DNA of 64,000 nt from Coleofasciculus sp. B1-GNL1-01 (GTDB lineage: Bacteria; Cyanobacteriota; Cyanobacteriia; Cyanobacteriales; Coleofasciculaceae). The stretch is taken from NCBI GenBank assembly GCA_040220235.1, contig JAVJTO010000102.1; one strand, 5' to 3'. The notes beneath the pieces are model-generated. The model was not told the origin of the DNA. It ran no database searches and was given only the letters and a program-made list of their open reading frames with translations. Positions 41,985 through 53,800 of this stretch are shown piece after piece. Each line of letters opens with the position of its first letter. Positions within the stretch are counted from its first letter, which is position 1. A program made the position numbers and the translations under genes.

Positions 41985-42449
41985 ATCAAAATTTGAGTGT
42001 TCCCAGACGCGCCAGGGCGCGTCTCTACGCTGCTAAGGTATGGTATCAGGGGATGTATAAGCAAAACTGACCGCAAGATTTCTGACGTTTTTCGTCGAAA
42101 CTCCTTTGGGTCACAAACCCTGTCTTGATCAGACAGTTTTACAATTAAATGCTGGTTTTTAAATGGAGATAATCCCAGGAACCAGCTTGCCCTGTAATAA
42201 GTCCCTTCGCCTACCCAGTCCAAGATGTCTTGGCATTACCCAACGCCTAACCAATTAGGCTTAGAGATAGTCCGAACTAGGGAAGTATTCGGAAGTCTGT
42301 GCCAGAACTAGGCTCACTTAGGGCCATCACCGCTTACGTTGTCCAAATTGGCTTGGTCAATCCTTGTCCCTTTTAGGGCAAGGTTGGTAAACCTCTATAT
42401 TTTGCCGAAACGGTTGTGGTACAGTACAGATGTACTTTAGCAAGACTCT

Positions 42450-42546
42450 AGGGGTTCGGCAATGTCAGCACCCAGTTTCAGAGGATGAATCGTCCTACAC
42501 CAACCAACACGGGTTATCTCCAGGTGTTGCTCTTACTCAGGTTTGC
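42450..42546 (+). ncRNA. Candidate structured small RNA
   Basis: GGCAA/TTGCC closing stem with internal hairpins AGGATG/CGTCCT and CAACAC/GTGTTG; TG-n-TACAGT extended -10 at ~42417-42425. Confidence 0.35.
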
Positions 42547-42948
42547 CTAATCATCTTTGGGCAAAAGTGCCAGGATTTGATCGACAAACTGTTGATGATC
42601 AACAACAGGTTTAGAGATATAACCATCAGCACCACTTTGCTTAAGGAAGTTTTCGCGATCGCCTTCCATAGCATGAGCCGTGACTAATATAATGGGCAGA
42701 TTGCTGGTTTGAGCGTCCGCTTTCAGCATTTGGGTAATCTTGATGCCGTCTACTGGCTTACCTTGGTAAACACTGTGAGCCAGGGAAACATCCATCAAGA
42801 TAATATCTGCATCTCCCGCGTGGGCAATTTTCATGACCTCCTCTACATCTTCGGTTCCCTTGACATTCAAGCCACCCCGCTTCGTGAGAATTTTGGAAAA
42901 AACGCGAAGATTAATGGGATCGTCTTCTACAATCAGAACGGTTTTCAT
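42547..42948 (-). CDS. Single-domain response regulator (DivK/CheY-like)
   Basis: VEDD, ILMDVSL, VTAHA, SKP. Confidence 0.93.
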   Translation of the reverse strand: MKTVLIVEDDPINLRVFSKILTKRGGLNVKGTEDVEEVMKIAHAGDADIILMDVSLAHSVYQGKPVDGIKITQMLKADAQTSNLPIILVTAHAMEGDRENFLKQSGADGYISKPVVDHQQFVDQILALLPKDD

Positions 42949-43083
42949 GGGCGTTGCATCAAGAAAGTCGTCTTTTCAACAAAAGTGCGATTTGATCATC
43001 AGTCTGACAGGGACTGGGCAATGTTGCCACAAAAAAAATCAAATTTTCATCTCGTTGTGGTTAGAAATTAGGACACAGAACTC

Positions 43084-45618
43084 ATGGCAAAACAGTTGAA
43101 TCTGCTGGCGACTGGTCAAGTTATTCCCACGCCCCTCCATGCAGAGATGCAACAGTCATATCTTGAATATGCCATGAGTGTCATCGTTGGGCGTGCCTTG
43201 CCAGACGTTTGCGACGGTCTAAAGCCCGTGCATCGGCGTATTTTGTATGCCATGTACGAATTGGGTTTAACCCCCGATAGACCCTACCGTAAGTGCGCTC
43301 GCGTAGTGGGTGATGTTTTGGGGAAGTATCATCCCCATGGGGATCAAGCTGTATACGATGCTATGGTGCGCTTGATCCAAGACTTTTCCACTCGCTATCC
43401 ACTATTGGCGGGTCATGGCAATTTTGGGTCGGTGGATAACGACCCACCGGCTGCCATGCGTTACACAGAGACGCGGCTGTCTCCCATCAGTCATGAAGCC
43501 CTCCTATCAGAAATTGGCGAGGCAACCGTTGATTTTATCGATAATTTCGATGGCTCTCAACAAGAGCCTGTGGTTTTACCCGCTCAACTACCCATTTTAC
43601 TGCTCAATGGTTGCTCTGGCATTGCGGTTGGCATGGCAACGAATATTCCGCCTCATAACTTGGGCGAAATTGTAGATGGGTTAATCGCCTTGATTGATCG
43701 CCCGGATCTGGCGGATGAGAAATTGTGGAAACTAATTCCCGGACCCGATTTTCCCACGGGAGGGGAAATTATCGATACGTCGGGAATTCGGGATGCCTAT
43801 CGCAGTGGACGTGGCATTATTCCGGTGCGGGGAATTGCCAAGGTGGAAGAGATTCAAGTCGGGCGTACTCGCCGTCATCGCCGCACGGCACTCATTGTCA
43901 CAGAATTACCCTATCAAGTGAATAAAGCGGCTTGGATTGAAAAAATTGCCGATCTGGTCAATCATGGACGCTTAGACGGAATTGCCGATTTGCGCGATGA
44001 GAGCGATCGCCGGGGGATGCGGGTGGTTGTGGAACTTAAACGGGATGCTCATCCCAGAGATGTTCTTCAGCACCTCTATAAACAAACCCCCTTACAAAGT
44101 AACTTTGGCGCGATTATGCTGGCATTAGTCAATGGACAGCCCCGCCAGCTACCCTTACGGCAATGCCTGGAAGAATTCTTACGCTTCCGGGAACAAACCC
44201 TGACTCGGCAATATACCTATGAACTTGATCAGAAACGACAACGGCGTCATCTGGTGGAAGGATTATTGGTTTGCTTAAATCAACTCACTCGCGTGATTGA
44301 AATTCTCACCCATGCGCCTGATGGCACAACCGCCAAGACTCGGTTTCAAGATCAGTTAAACCTGAGTGAGAGTCAAGCTGATGCCATCCTTGCCATGCCG
44401 ATGCGCCGCCTTACGGGGTTAGAACGGCAAAAACTCCAGACCGAATTTGAGGAACTCACCGCCCGCATTGAAACTCTCCAGGACTTACTCAGTAGCCGAC
44501 ATGAACTCCTCAAAACCCTGAAAAAAGAGTTGCGATCGCTCAAACGGAAATATGCTGATCCGCGTCGCACCAAAATCCGATCGCCGCAATCTCTTAAAGA
44601 ACCCAAACAACCCAAATCCGAAAAACAAACCCGCAAGAAAACCAAAACCTCAGACAAGCCAAAAACCTCGACCTCAAAACCCCCATCGCCAAGTCTGATT
44701 GACATTGAAGCCGAACAAACAGTTCTGGAGTTTACCTATCAAGGAAACGTACAACGCCTGCGTTCTGCCCCTGATCCCAAATCCAAACCCTCGATCAAAG
44801 ATGGGAACGATTTTGTGGTTCAGACGCAGCAAACCACCACCCAGTCAGAATTTGCCACCCTAACCAGTGGGGGTAAAGCCTACCCCTTGAAAGTGCAAGA
44901 TATCCCACCCGCCGCAGGGCGTAAGCAAGGTATTCCTGTAACTCGTCTCCTTCCTGATGCAGCTCAATCTGAAACTGTTATCGCCCATTTTCGACCCAGA
45001 GAACTCTCGGAGTCTCTCAGCCTGATTTTGCTCACCCAACAGGGGCGAGTTAAACGTCTACCCGCTACCGAGTTACTTAACTTAACGGCACGCGGTTTAA
45101 CGGTGGTCAAGCTCAAAGAGGAGGATTCTCTAGCGTATGTTACCCTGGCTAAACCCAATGATGATCTGATTATCGCTACCAGTAATGGGCGCTTATTACG
45201 CTTTGAAATTAACGACCAAAATTTACCGATTATGGGGCGTACAGCTCAAGGAAATCAGGCATTGCGACTGCGGCGTCGGGAGGAATTAGTCGGATGTGTG
45301 GCGATCGCTCCCAACGAGAATCTTTTACTGGTATCTGAGCAAGGCTATGGCAAACGCATCGGACTCGGTGTCATCAGACGCATCAAACGGGGTGATCTGG
45401 GTACTCAAGCCCTGCAATTTAAAACCTCAACGGATCGATTGATGGGAGTCATTAACGCCTCTCAAACAGAGACGGCTGTGTTGCTAACCAGCGACAATCG
45501 AGTCATGACTGTATCGTTAAAATCTGTAAAGTTGTCCGGCAAAGATGGGTGTGGCGATCGCTTGGTTAAACTCAAGTCAAATGAAACAATTATCAACGTT
45601 ACAGCAATCCTGCCGTAA
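43084..45618 (+). CDS. Type IIA topoisomerase subunit A (second GyrA/ParC-like paralogue)
   Basis: [23 protein letters not shown] active Tyr; no QxRGGxG GyrA-box at the start of the C-terminal domain. Confidence 0.93.
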   Translation: MAKQLNLLATGQVIPTPLHAEMQQSYLEYAMSVIVGRALPDVCDGLKPVHRRILYAMYELGLTPDRPYRKCARVVGDVLGKYHPHGDQAVYDAMVRLIQDFSTRYPLLAGHGNFGSVDNDPPAAMRYTETRLSPISHEALLSEIGEATVDFIDNFDGSQQEPVVLPAQLPILLLNGCSGIAVGMATNIPPHNLGEIVDGLIALIDRPDLADEKLWKLIPGPDFPTGGEIIDTSGIRDAYRSGRGIIPVRGIAKVEEIQVGRTRRHRRTALIVTELPYQVNKAAWIEKIADLVNHGRLDGIADLRDESDRRGMRVVVELKRDAHPRDVLQHLYKQTPLQSNFGAIMLALVNGQPRQLPLRQCLEEFLRFREQTLTRQYTYELDQKRQRRHLVEGLLVCLNQLTRVIEILTHAPDGTTAKTRFQDQLNLSESQADAILAMPMRRLTGLERQKLQTEFEELTARIETLQDLLSSRHELLKTLKKELRSLKRKYADPRRTKIRSPQSLKEPKQPKSEKQTRKKTKTSDKPKTSTSKPPSPSLIDIEAEQTVLEFTYQGNVQRLRSAPDPKSKPSIKDGNDFVVQTQQTTTQSEFATLTSGGKAYPLKVQDIPPAAGRKQGIPVTRLLPDAAQSETVIAHFRPRELSESLSLILLTQQGRVKRLPATELLNLTARGLTVVKLKEEDSLAYVTLAKPNDDLIIATSNGRLLRFEINDQNLPIMGRTAQGNQALRLRRREELVGCVAIAPNENLLLVSEQGYGKRIGLGVIRRIKRGDLGTQALQFKTSTDRLMGVINASQTETAVLLTSDNRVMTVSLKSVKLSGKDGCGDRLVKLKSNETIINVTAILP

Positions 45619-45751
45619 CCGAAAACTTTTCGATCAGCTAGATATGGTTTTATAGTGGGGGATAAGTGTACGTGAATGCTATTTAATCCCTAAAGCTTGG
45701 GAATTCTGGAAGCACCAGTATAGAAAATCTAACTTAAGTGATAGTTCAACC

Positions 45752-47077
45752 ATGACCGATCCAAAACGACCTCCGAGTGCGCCACCCCCTCCACCCCGCG
45801 TTCCTCCAGCGCCACCGCCACCGCCCAGAGGAGGAACGTCTCGGAAAGCGCCGCCAGGGGCAACCCAAGCGATGCCCTCTAAAACAATGCCGATGCCGCC
45901 CAAGGCGGGTCAGTCGGCATCAGCGCCTACTGCCGTTAAAACAGCACCGAGTTCTCGCCCACCTTCATCGGGCGTCAAACCCCGGACACCAGCGCCGGGT
46001 GCGGGACTTTCTCCTGGACAGCCAACATTAGCCCAACTGATCCGGGAAGCCTATGACAAGGGCTTTTCTGACGTTCACGTTGGAGTCGGTGAAGTCCCTC
46101 GAATGCGAAACCGAGGGGAAATGGAACATACAGAATATCCTGTAACTGATAAACCGACGTTTATGAGTTGGTTGCGGGAAATTCTCACGGATGAAGAAAT
46201 TCGCCGTTTCCAAAACGAACTCGAATTTGATGGTGCGGCACAGTATGACTTTGCCCGGGTGCGGATTAATATCTTCGACTCCCTGACTGGACCGGCAATA
46301 GTTCTGCGCTTGATTCCACTCAAGATTTTGACGATGGAACAGTTGCGACTCCCTTCAATCCTTAGGGATGTCTGTAGTTATCACAAGGGTTTAATTCTGG
46401 TCACGGGTCCAACCGGTTCAGGTAAGTCAACGACGCTAGCGGCGATGATTGACTACATGAACAAGGAGATGCCAAAGCATATCATTACGATTGAAGACCC
46501 AATCGAATTTGTTCATAAAAGCCAAAAAGCCCTAATTAAACAACGGGAAGTCGGCGCTCATACCCTCCAGTTTGACAACGCTTTAAAAGCCTCTTTGCGG
46601 GAAGATCCGGATGTGATTCTGGTGGGGGAAATGCGGGATCGGGGAACTGTAAATACAGCCCTGAAAGCGGCTCAAACGGGTCACTTGGTTATGGGGACAC
46701 TGCACACAAACAGTGCGGTGAAAACCATTGAACGGATTCTCAATCTTTATAATCCAGAAGAACAACACGCTATCCGTGTGGCTTTTGCCGAATCCATGGT
46801 GGCAATCATTGCTCAAGGGTTATGTCGCACCACTGATGGCAAACGTGCCGCCTTCCACGACATTCTGATTAATACAGAAGCGATTCGGGATTATATCCGT
46901 AAGGGTGAATATGAGGAAGTTCACGAACTGATGGCGGCTAATGAATTTGACGGCATGATCACGATGAATAAGTCCTTGTTTAACCTTTATCAGGAAGGAC
47001 GTATCACAGAAGAAACTGCCCTAGAACAGTCGCCGACTCAAAATGAAATGGCGATGATGTTACGGGGTCGTATTTAA
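45752..47077 (+). CDS. pilT: Type IV pilus retraction ATPase, PilT2-type with Pro-rich N-terminus
   Basis: GPTGSGKSTT, TIEDPIE, LREDPDVILVGEMRD, TGHLVMGTLHT. Confidence 0.95.
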   Translation: MTDPKRPPSAPPPPPRVPPAPPPPPRGGTSRKAPPGATQAMPSKTMPMPPKAGQSASAPTAVKTAPSSRPPSSGVKPRTPAPGAGLSPGQPTLAQLIREAYDKGFSDVHVGVGEVPRMRNRGEMEHTEYPVTDKPTFMSWLREILTDEEIRRFQNELEFDGAAQYDFARVRINIFDSLTGPAIVLRLIPLKILTMEQLRLPSILRDVCSYHKGLILVTGPTGSGKSTTLAAMIDYMNKEMPKHIITIEDPIEFVHKSQKALIKQREVGAHTLQFDNALKASLREDPDVILVGEMRDRGTVNTALKAAQTGHLVMGTLHTNSAVKTIERILNLYNPEEQHAIRVAFAESMVAIIAQGLCRTTDGKRAAFHDILINTEAIRDYIRKGEYEEVHELMAANEFDGMITMNKSLFNLYQEGRITEETALEQSPTQNEMAMMLRGRI

Positions 47078-47252
47078 TTGTCATTTGTCATTTGTCATTC
47101 GTCATACTCGCTTCCCGAAAAGGAACAAGCTACGTCTTATGTTAGGACAAAGAGGTGGCAGCCAGGAAAATCTTATCTTGTGATCTGCCGCCTTGATTTA
47201 CTAGAAAAACTCTAATTTGTGACAATCAACAATCAACAATCAACAATCAGCA

Positions 47253-48188
47253 ATGGACGAGACTCAACGCTCGTTTCCTCAGTTATTTAAGGGCATTGCC
47301 CTATTTACACCAGGGGGAGATTTAATTTATAGCGTTGACCCTAGTAAACAAGAGCATTGGCATTTACATCTGTGTGCGAGTTTACAAGAACTTCTCGGAT
47401 TACCAGAACCGCCCCATTTTTTAGTGCCGGGATATACTGGCACAATTGATCGTTGGCTCGATCCTTATAGCCAACAGATGCGAACGTCAGCAGAACTTTA
47501 TCCCCCGATTCAACAGCATCAAGCTTTGCTGAATGCGGTGTTTGGTGTTAGAAATCTGGTCTGGCAAGTCACTCCTTGGCGGGAAGAGACTTGTGATCCC
47601 ATGGTTTTGGAGACCTATCGCGATCGCTTTCCCCAATTGTGGCAGGATCATGATTTGATTATCCGTTGCGATCGCCCGGATCAATGTCTAGAAAAGTTGT
47701 CTGATGCTAATCCTAGGCATGATCACGATTCAAGTCTGATTGAATCTCCCCAGAGTTACCCTTGGTCTTTTCCAGAACGTTGGACGATTCAACAAACACC
47801 ATGGCAAGAATCGTCCCACCCATCGTCTACAGAAATTGATCCTCTAGACTCCCCGAACTCAGATAGGGAATCGAATTCGAGTCAGGCTAAATCTACACCC
47901 TTAACTACTCCTAGTTATGTCCTGCGCTTATTTGTATCAGGACACAGTGGATCAACTGAACATATCCTGAAAAAACTGCATCAGTTACTCGAACAATCCC
48001 TACAACATCCTTATACTCTAAAAGTAATTGATGTATTTAAGCATCCTGAACAAGCAGAAGCTAATCAAATTTCAGCGACTCCCACACTGCTGAGAGTTTG
48101 GCCCCCACCCGTCCGACGTATTGTTGGTGATTTGAACAATTTAGAAAATCTTTTACGCATCCTTATTGCTCCAGAGGCTCAACGATAA
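47253..48188 (+). CDS. Protein with C-terminal KaiB-like domain
   Basis: YVLRLFVSG...LKVIDVFKHPEQAE..ISATPTLLRVWPPPVRRIVGDL. Confidence 0.88.
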   Translation: MDETQRSFPQLFKGIALFTPGGDLIYSVDPSKQEHWHLHLCASLQELLGLPEPPHFLVPGYTGTIDRWLDPYSQQMRTSAELYPPIQQHQALLNAVFGVRNLVWQVTPWREETCDPMVLETYRDRFPQLWQDHDLIIRCDRPDQCLEKLSDANPRHDHDSSLIESPQSYPWSFPERWTIQQTPWQESSHPSSTEIDPLDSPNSDRESNSSQAKSTPLTTPSYVLRLFVSGHSGSTEHILKKLHQLLEQSLQHPYTLKVIDVFKHPEQAEANQISATPTLLRVWPPPVRRIVGDLNNLENLLRILIAPEAQR

Positions 48189-48276
48189 AAGTAAGCCTAG
48201 AACTAAAGTTCTGGCTCAAAGCTTAAACCCGTTAAAACGGGTTCAAAGACTTACCAAGTCAGCGATATTCTACTTA

Positions 48277-48651
48277 GGGCTTGCTGTATAGCACTACGCA
48301 TTAAGGTTAGGACAATACAATTGGGTGAAAAGGCAACAGGCAACAGGCTACAGGCAACAGGCAACAGGGGAATGTCCTAACGTATCCCCGTAGGGCTATA
48401 TAAGTGTGAAAGGTAGACTAGATAGGGGTTTCAAGCCATTTTCCGACCCAACAAGTGCAAAGTTTTTACACTATAACCGTCTTGCATCCTGGAAATTTTG
48501 CCGACCTCAGCACCGAATTCTCCCTCGACAGAGGGTCAACATCGATCGAATTTCGGCACGCTCAATTGCCGCGAAATCGAGATGTTGAAACCATTGCCCA
48601 TTGCCTATTCCCTATTGCCTCTCCTTACCACAAAACTTATTCAGCAGACCT
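48277..48651. mobile_element. Non-autonomous element with TIR gggcttgctg.ataagt / acttattcagcagacct
   Basis: Flanked by direct TACTTA on both sides; left TIR interrupted by an inner MITE. Confidence 0.7.
48287..48400. mobile_element. Nested TA-flanked MITE with aggcaac heptamer repeats
   Basis: tatagcactacgca..gttaggaca / tgtcctaac..cgtagggctata; family of 29067-29172. Confidence 0.8.
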
Positions 48652-48669
48652 TACTTAAGTCAGTGTCAT

Positions 48670-49899
48670 TCAATTAAGTTGAGCGACTTGAGGAATACGT
48701 CCTTTTAAACCTGTCATTAATTGCAGAGCATAACACTTAATAGGATACAGATGACGCAACATCCATAATCCTAGGCGACGTAGGGTAACGATGGGCAACC
48801 AGTTATTAGAAAATATTCGATCAAGGAAATCAGTAAAGCCTAAAATGACGAGATTTTCGCGTTTGCGCCACCGTTCATAGCGCTTGAGTATCCGTTCGTC
48901 TCCGATATCTTCACCCTGTTGATGGGCGTCTTGGATGACTTGGGCAAGGGCGGCGGCGTCTCGGATGCCCATATTTAACCCTTGTCCACCCACAGGATGG
49001 CAACAATGGGCGGCGTCGCCAATCAGGGCGAGGCGGTGTTGAGTGTAGCGATCGCTTTGCATTAACTGTACGGGAAAGACAATGCGATCGCTATCGAGTT
49101 CTAAATGCCCTAAAAGTCCGCCTGTGCGGTATTCTAGGAGTTCTAGGAATTCTTTTTCATCTAAGTCTTTTAACTGCTGGGCTTCGGCGTGAGGGGCTGT
49201 CCACACCACCTGACAGCGATTTTCCGCTAGAGGGAGTACCCCCATCGGACCACTTTCCCAGAAGCGTTCAAAGGCGGTATCGTTATGGGATTTCTCGGTT
49301 TTGATGCGGGCGGTGACGCAGGATTGCCAATATTTCCAGCCTTTTGTCCCGATTCCGGCGGCTGTACGAATACGCGATCGCGAACCATCAGCCGCAACAA
49401 CTAAGCGCGATCGTAGGTGCTGAGATGTTCCGTCCACATTTACCGTAACCTCTACCCCAGAGGCTTGATACTCGACATCAACCACTTCCGTCGGAGACAA
49501 CCAGCTTACAGTCGGACAATCTGCCAAAAACTCATACAGCGCCGTAAGCAAGGGACGATGTTCGCCCACATACCCCAAATCCTGCGTACCTAAATCGTTG
49601 GGGTGAAACTGCACAAATTTGGGATAATCACCGTCAGAGAGACGAATTTGCCGATAGGTGGCAATTTGCGGCTGAATCGTCTGCCAAACCCCGATTCCTT
49701 GGAAAATGCGCCCAGAAAGCAGCGAGAGGGCGTAAGCTTGCCGTCTGGCTACGGCGACTGACTGAGGTTTTGCCTCAATTAATCCAATCCGCAACCCCGA
49801 CTTTTTCAACGCACAGGCGAAGGTTGCGCCGACAATACCGCCGCCAACGATGACCAGATCATAGTCAAAGGTTTGATTGTATGCCTGTTCTTGCGCCAT
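48670..49899 (-). CDS. FAD-dependent hydroxylase, UbiH/COQ6 family
   Basis: VGGGIVG, AADG, LIGDAAH..HPVGGQGLNMG; ATG MAQEQ chosen as start. Confidence 0.9.
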   Translation of the reverse strand: MAQEQAYNQTFDYDLVIVGGGIVGATFACALKKSGLRIGLIEAKPQSVAVARRQAYALSLLSGRIFQGIGVWQTIQPQIATYRQIRLSDGDYPKFVQFHPNDLGTQDLGYVGEHRPLLTALYEFLADCPTVSWLSPTEVVDVEYQASGVEVTVNVDGTSQHLRSRLVVAADGSRSRIRTAAGIGTKGWKYWQSCVTARIKTEKSHNDTAFERFWESGPMGVLPLAENRCQVVWTAPHAEAQQLKDLDEKEFLELLEYRTGGLLGHLELDSDRIVFPVQLMQSDRYTQHRLALIGDAAHCCHPVGGQGLNMGIRDAAALAQVIQDAHQQGEDIGDERILKRYERWRKRENLVILGFTDFLDRIFSNNWLPIVTLRRLGLWMLRHLYPIKCYALQLMTGLKGRIPQVAQLN

Positions 49900-50073
49900 G
49901 TTCAGAGAATGTATCGAAATGATAAGCATTTTTACTTTTCTTCATTTTGACGTGGATAGCTGAAGAGGGCAAGTCGCAGATGGGTTTGTAGGGGCGGGTT
50001 TCACCATTATCGTTTTGGTTGCACCCATAAGTGACTAAACCCGCCCCGACTTTCGTTGGTTTAGAGACTTTCC

Positions 50074-50328
50074 TTAGTAGGTAGAAATCTGCCGAATCAA
50101 CATACTCACAAATTCACCAGGATTGCCTGTAGGCTGCAAGGGACTCCATTCAATCACTTCGGCGAATCGGAGGCGGTACAAGGTGCGAATGATGCTGTTC
50201 ACGCCTCGGCGAGAACCAATAATCGAGATTTTGACAGGTTCACGGTGGGGGGTAGGTTCTGGTGTGGCTGATGGAGAGGGGGGAACGGTAAGGGTTTCGA
50301 GAATATCGGGGATAAAGTCTTCTGACAT
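50074..50328 (-). CDS. Conserved-type small hypothetical protein, divergent from HTH
   Basis: REPVKISIIGS..GV..II..LY..RFAE..EWSPLQP; GGTG RBS-like sequence upstream. Confidence 0.75.
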   Translation of the reverse strand: MSEDFIPDILETLTVPPSPSATPEPTPHREPVKISIIGSRRGVNSIIRTLYRLRFAEVIEWSPLQPTGNPGEFVSMLIRQISTY

Positions 50329-50359
50329 TGGGATTCACCTAATTTTGAATTGCCGCAGG

Positions 50360-50418
50360 ATGTAAACCTAATAGGTCACATTTTGATTCTACCAGGATGT
50401 GATCCAGTAGGCTTACAT
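50360..50418. promoter_or_regulatory. Two inverted 22-bp operator-like sites
   Basis: atgtaaacctaataggtcacat versus the reverse complement of 50397-50418 (atgtaagcctactggatcacat): 18/22. Confidence 0.7.
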
Positions 50419-50453
50419 TTACTTCTTTATCTGCCTCTGACACGATTAGAGGC

Positions 50454-50693
50454 ATGGGAAAAGCAGGCGAAGCACTCAGGCAGGTTTTAAACACCTACGG
50501 AATCAGCCAGAATAAGTTGGCGGTGACACTAGGAATTGAACGTGGCAGTGTTTACCGTTGGGTTCATGAAGTTAGAGATCCAACGGCAGAGACGGTAAGA
50601 GAGATTGTCCAGGCACTTCAGGGAATTAATCCAGCCGCTGCCGAGACGTTTGTCGAATTATATTTAGGTGAATTGATTAAGAATGAAGAGTAG
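50454..50693 (+). CDS. XRE family HTH regulator
   Basis: GISQNKLAVTLGIERGSVYRWVHEVRDP. Confidence 0.92.
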   Translation: MGKAGEALRQVLNTYGISQNKLAVTLGIERGSVYRWVHEVRDPTAETVREIVQALQGINPAAAETFVELYLGELIKNEE

Positions 50694-50879
50694 AAGTAAT
50701 GCGTACCTGTACAGAGGATAAGAATATTGAGTGAGAGGGAAAAGCGATCGCGCTCCTTCACAAAACTTATTTAGCTAGTCGCCTAAATTTTGATAAATAT
50801 TTAATCAATTTCCAGCACTAAGCAGGTAAAATAGAGAGACTCTGAAGCAGAATCACCGCTATCGTTGAGGCACTTGGCA

Positions 50880-53800
50880 ATGTCTTCTCACGAACACCTC
50901 TGGAAAAAAGGCTTCTCAAAGCCCAATTCGACACCCGTGCCGAATCCCTTCACAATACAGAGGCGTCGTGCCAAAGTGCTGTCACCGACATTATCGCCCC
51001 AGGAAAAATTACAGCTCAAACAACAAGCGGATCAAATTTCCCAGGTAGGTTATAACTCCCAAAAGATTCCACTTCAATCTCCTGCGCCAACAGCCGAAGC
51101 CAGTCCGATTCAGTCAAAGGCAGGTGAGATCACAAAGCAGCAGCCCACTACTGATACTGTAGATATTCAGGCGGATGCGTCGGAAGTTCAAGACGAGACG
51201 AAAAAGCCAGAAGATCTTGCTTTTGCTGAAGCCTCAGATGCTTCTGTAGCAGATAGTAGTATCCAGCGTCAGGAAATACCCGATAGTGAAGCCGAGGCAA
51301 TACCTGAATCTGATACAGATAGCATTGATAATCCAGAAGAAGAAGCCGACATTCAAGCGAAAGCCGAACAACCTTCTCGTAATTTCCTCGAACTCCCTGT
51401 TAATGCTCCGGGTACATCGCCATCCTCTATACAAAGACAGGTAAACTTTGGAGGATTAGGCAATTCGATTCAACAGCAGCCCGTTGAAAACGAGGAAAAG
51501 GTTGAGCCAGAAGCTGAACAAGAGGCGCAGGAATCGGATGAAACCATCCAACGCCAAGAAATCCCAGAGGCTGAAGAAGACGAGATATCATCGAGTGAGT
51601 CTCAAACGGTTCAACGCCAAGGAGAAACCTCAGATACACCAGCTCAACAAACAGAACAATCAGAAGAGTATCATAATTTTCTAGACATTCCAGTAAACGT
51701 TCCCGGTACACCCTCATCTTCGATTCAGAGACAGGTTAATTTGGGTAGGTTGTCGAATCAGGTTGTTCAACCAATAAAATCCACCCCTAACCCCAGATTA
51801 AATCGACTCAATACCTTTACTTCACAGCGAATTGAGTCACCTGTAAAGCCAGTTAATCCTGTATTGAATCAGTCACCAGCTCAAACAGTTCAACGTCAGG
51901 ATAATACCGAGGATGAAGACATCCAAAACCAGCCTCTCCAGGAACCCGAAGAAGAAACGGTTCAGAAAAAAGAAACACAGTCACCATCCTCTGACGCTAC
52001 AGCTACACCGTCTCTCGAACAATCCATCCCACAACAGGAGAATGAGTCGGAGCCAGAGCAGCAAGAACTTGATACTCTGAAACCTAAGAAGTTATCGGAT
52101 AAGAGTTCCGAATTTTTATCAGATAAACAACAACCTTTATCCTTACAACAAGGGCAAGTCAAACCCGAATCGCTAGAGGCAAAAAAGCTGGAAGATAATC
52201 CGCTGGAATTGACCTCGAATAAAGAACAGCAAATACCTCAAACCCAGGTAGAGTCAGTAGCTGCCAAGGAAAACCAGCAATCGGAAACAAGTACAAAGGA
52301 ACAGCCTCAAGAAAAAGTAGAAACTCCAGTAGAAAGCCAAGCTGAAACTGGGACAGGTGGAAGTATGGGTAATGCCCCAACAGCGCCAACTGCAATGACT
52401 CCCCAAACTCAAGAAGCTAGTTTGAGTGGAGGTACAGGGGGAGAAGGAGCGGCATCAGCCCCCCAAGAAGCTGTGACGATTACGGCGGAAGATCCCGGCC
52501 AGATTATCGAACAGCTAAAAAATACGCCACCGACTCAAGCTGTTGCTGCTTACGCTCAAGCCGAAGCCGCTTCAGTTCCAGCACTAGCAAAACAAAAACA
52601 AAACCTACAGGAAACGATACCAGAAATTCCAGCACCCACTGGATTACCTGCTCAAGGAACAGAAGCAACTCAAACAGCAGAGAAAGCCGCAACAAAAGCC
52701 GCTCAATCGAAAGGAGAGCCGAAGGTTGAAGTGAAAACGGAAGGTTCAGCTCAACCCGAAGCTAAATATGATACCCAAGTACCAGAAGCTCCACCTGCTC
52801 CACCGCCTGCACCAACCCAACTTGCTGGTGGCAAGGTTCAACAAGAAGGACAAAATGACGAAGCCCTGAGCCGCAGCGCTCAACAAGCTTTGTCTAATGT
52901 CCAGATGAACACCAGTCAAATTAGCACCAGTGCTGGAGAACGCCCCAATGTGGATTTAAAGGGGGAAGCGAATCCGGCTCAAATCCAGTCTGCTCAGGCA
53001 CAATCGAATCAAGAGTTACAAACTGCGAAAGCCCAAGCCGTTGCTGACACGAATCAAGACTTTGGTGAGAATAGCATTTTTCCCAAAGCCAGCAATGAAA
53101 CCCTCAAAGCAAACAAAGAACTTTCTGCGATCGCACCGCCGACGATGCAAGGACTTGAATCTCCGACTGTGCCAGGAGAAGACGCAGGCGGACTGAATCA
53201 ATCCCTGACCCCTTTGCTGAGAGAAAAGATTGGAGCAGAACAAGAGAAATATCGGGCAGGTAAAGATAAATTTGACACCGATACAGCCCAAGCTAGAACG
53301 GATGCTGACCAGGAAATTGCGGGTTTAGATGAACAAACGAAACAAAAACAAATAGCCGAACAAGAACAAGCTAAGGCAGAAGTCACTCAAGCCAGACAGG
53401 AGTGGCGAACCGAACTCGATACCGTTGATCAGGACTATCAGGAGAAAGCCAGTCAAGCTAGTCAGGAACAGCGGGATAAAATTGACACCGAAAAGCTCAA
53501 GGGAGAGGAGAAAGCTGCCCAACATTTAGAAGACGCAGAGAAAGAGGTCGAACAAGAAAAACAGAAAGCTGATAAAGAAGCCAACAAGAAGAAAGAGGAA
53601 GGCGAAAAAGAATCAGGTGGTTTCTGGGGTTGGGTTAAATCGAAAGCCAAAGCCTTGATCGATGGCATTAAAAAAGCCGTTAATTTCATCTATGACAACC
53701 TCCGCAAAGCGGTTAAGGCAATTTTTGATGCTGCTAAAAAACTGGCGACAGCAGCGATTGATTTAGCGCGTCAAGCAATTGTTGGACTAATCAAAGTCTT

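Noticed and set aside
43084..45618. Calling this the canonical gyrA
   Set aside because: GyrA-box not found; more consistent with the second cyanobacterial paralogue, so the symbol is withheld.
50880..52500. DUF4157 eCIS core domain
   Set aside because: No DFSxVRVH or AHELTHVVQQ motif in the translation.
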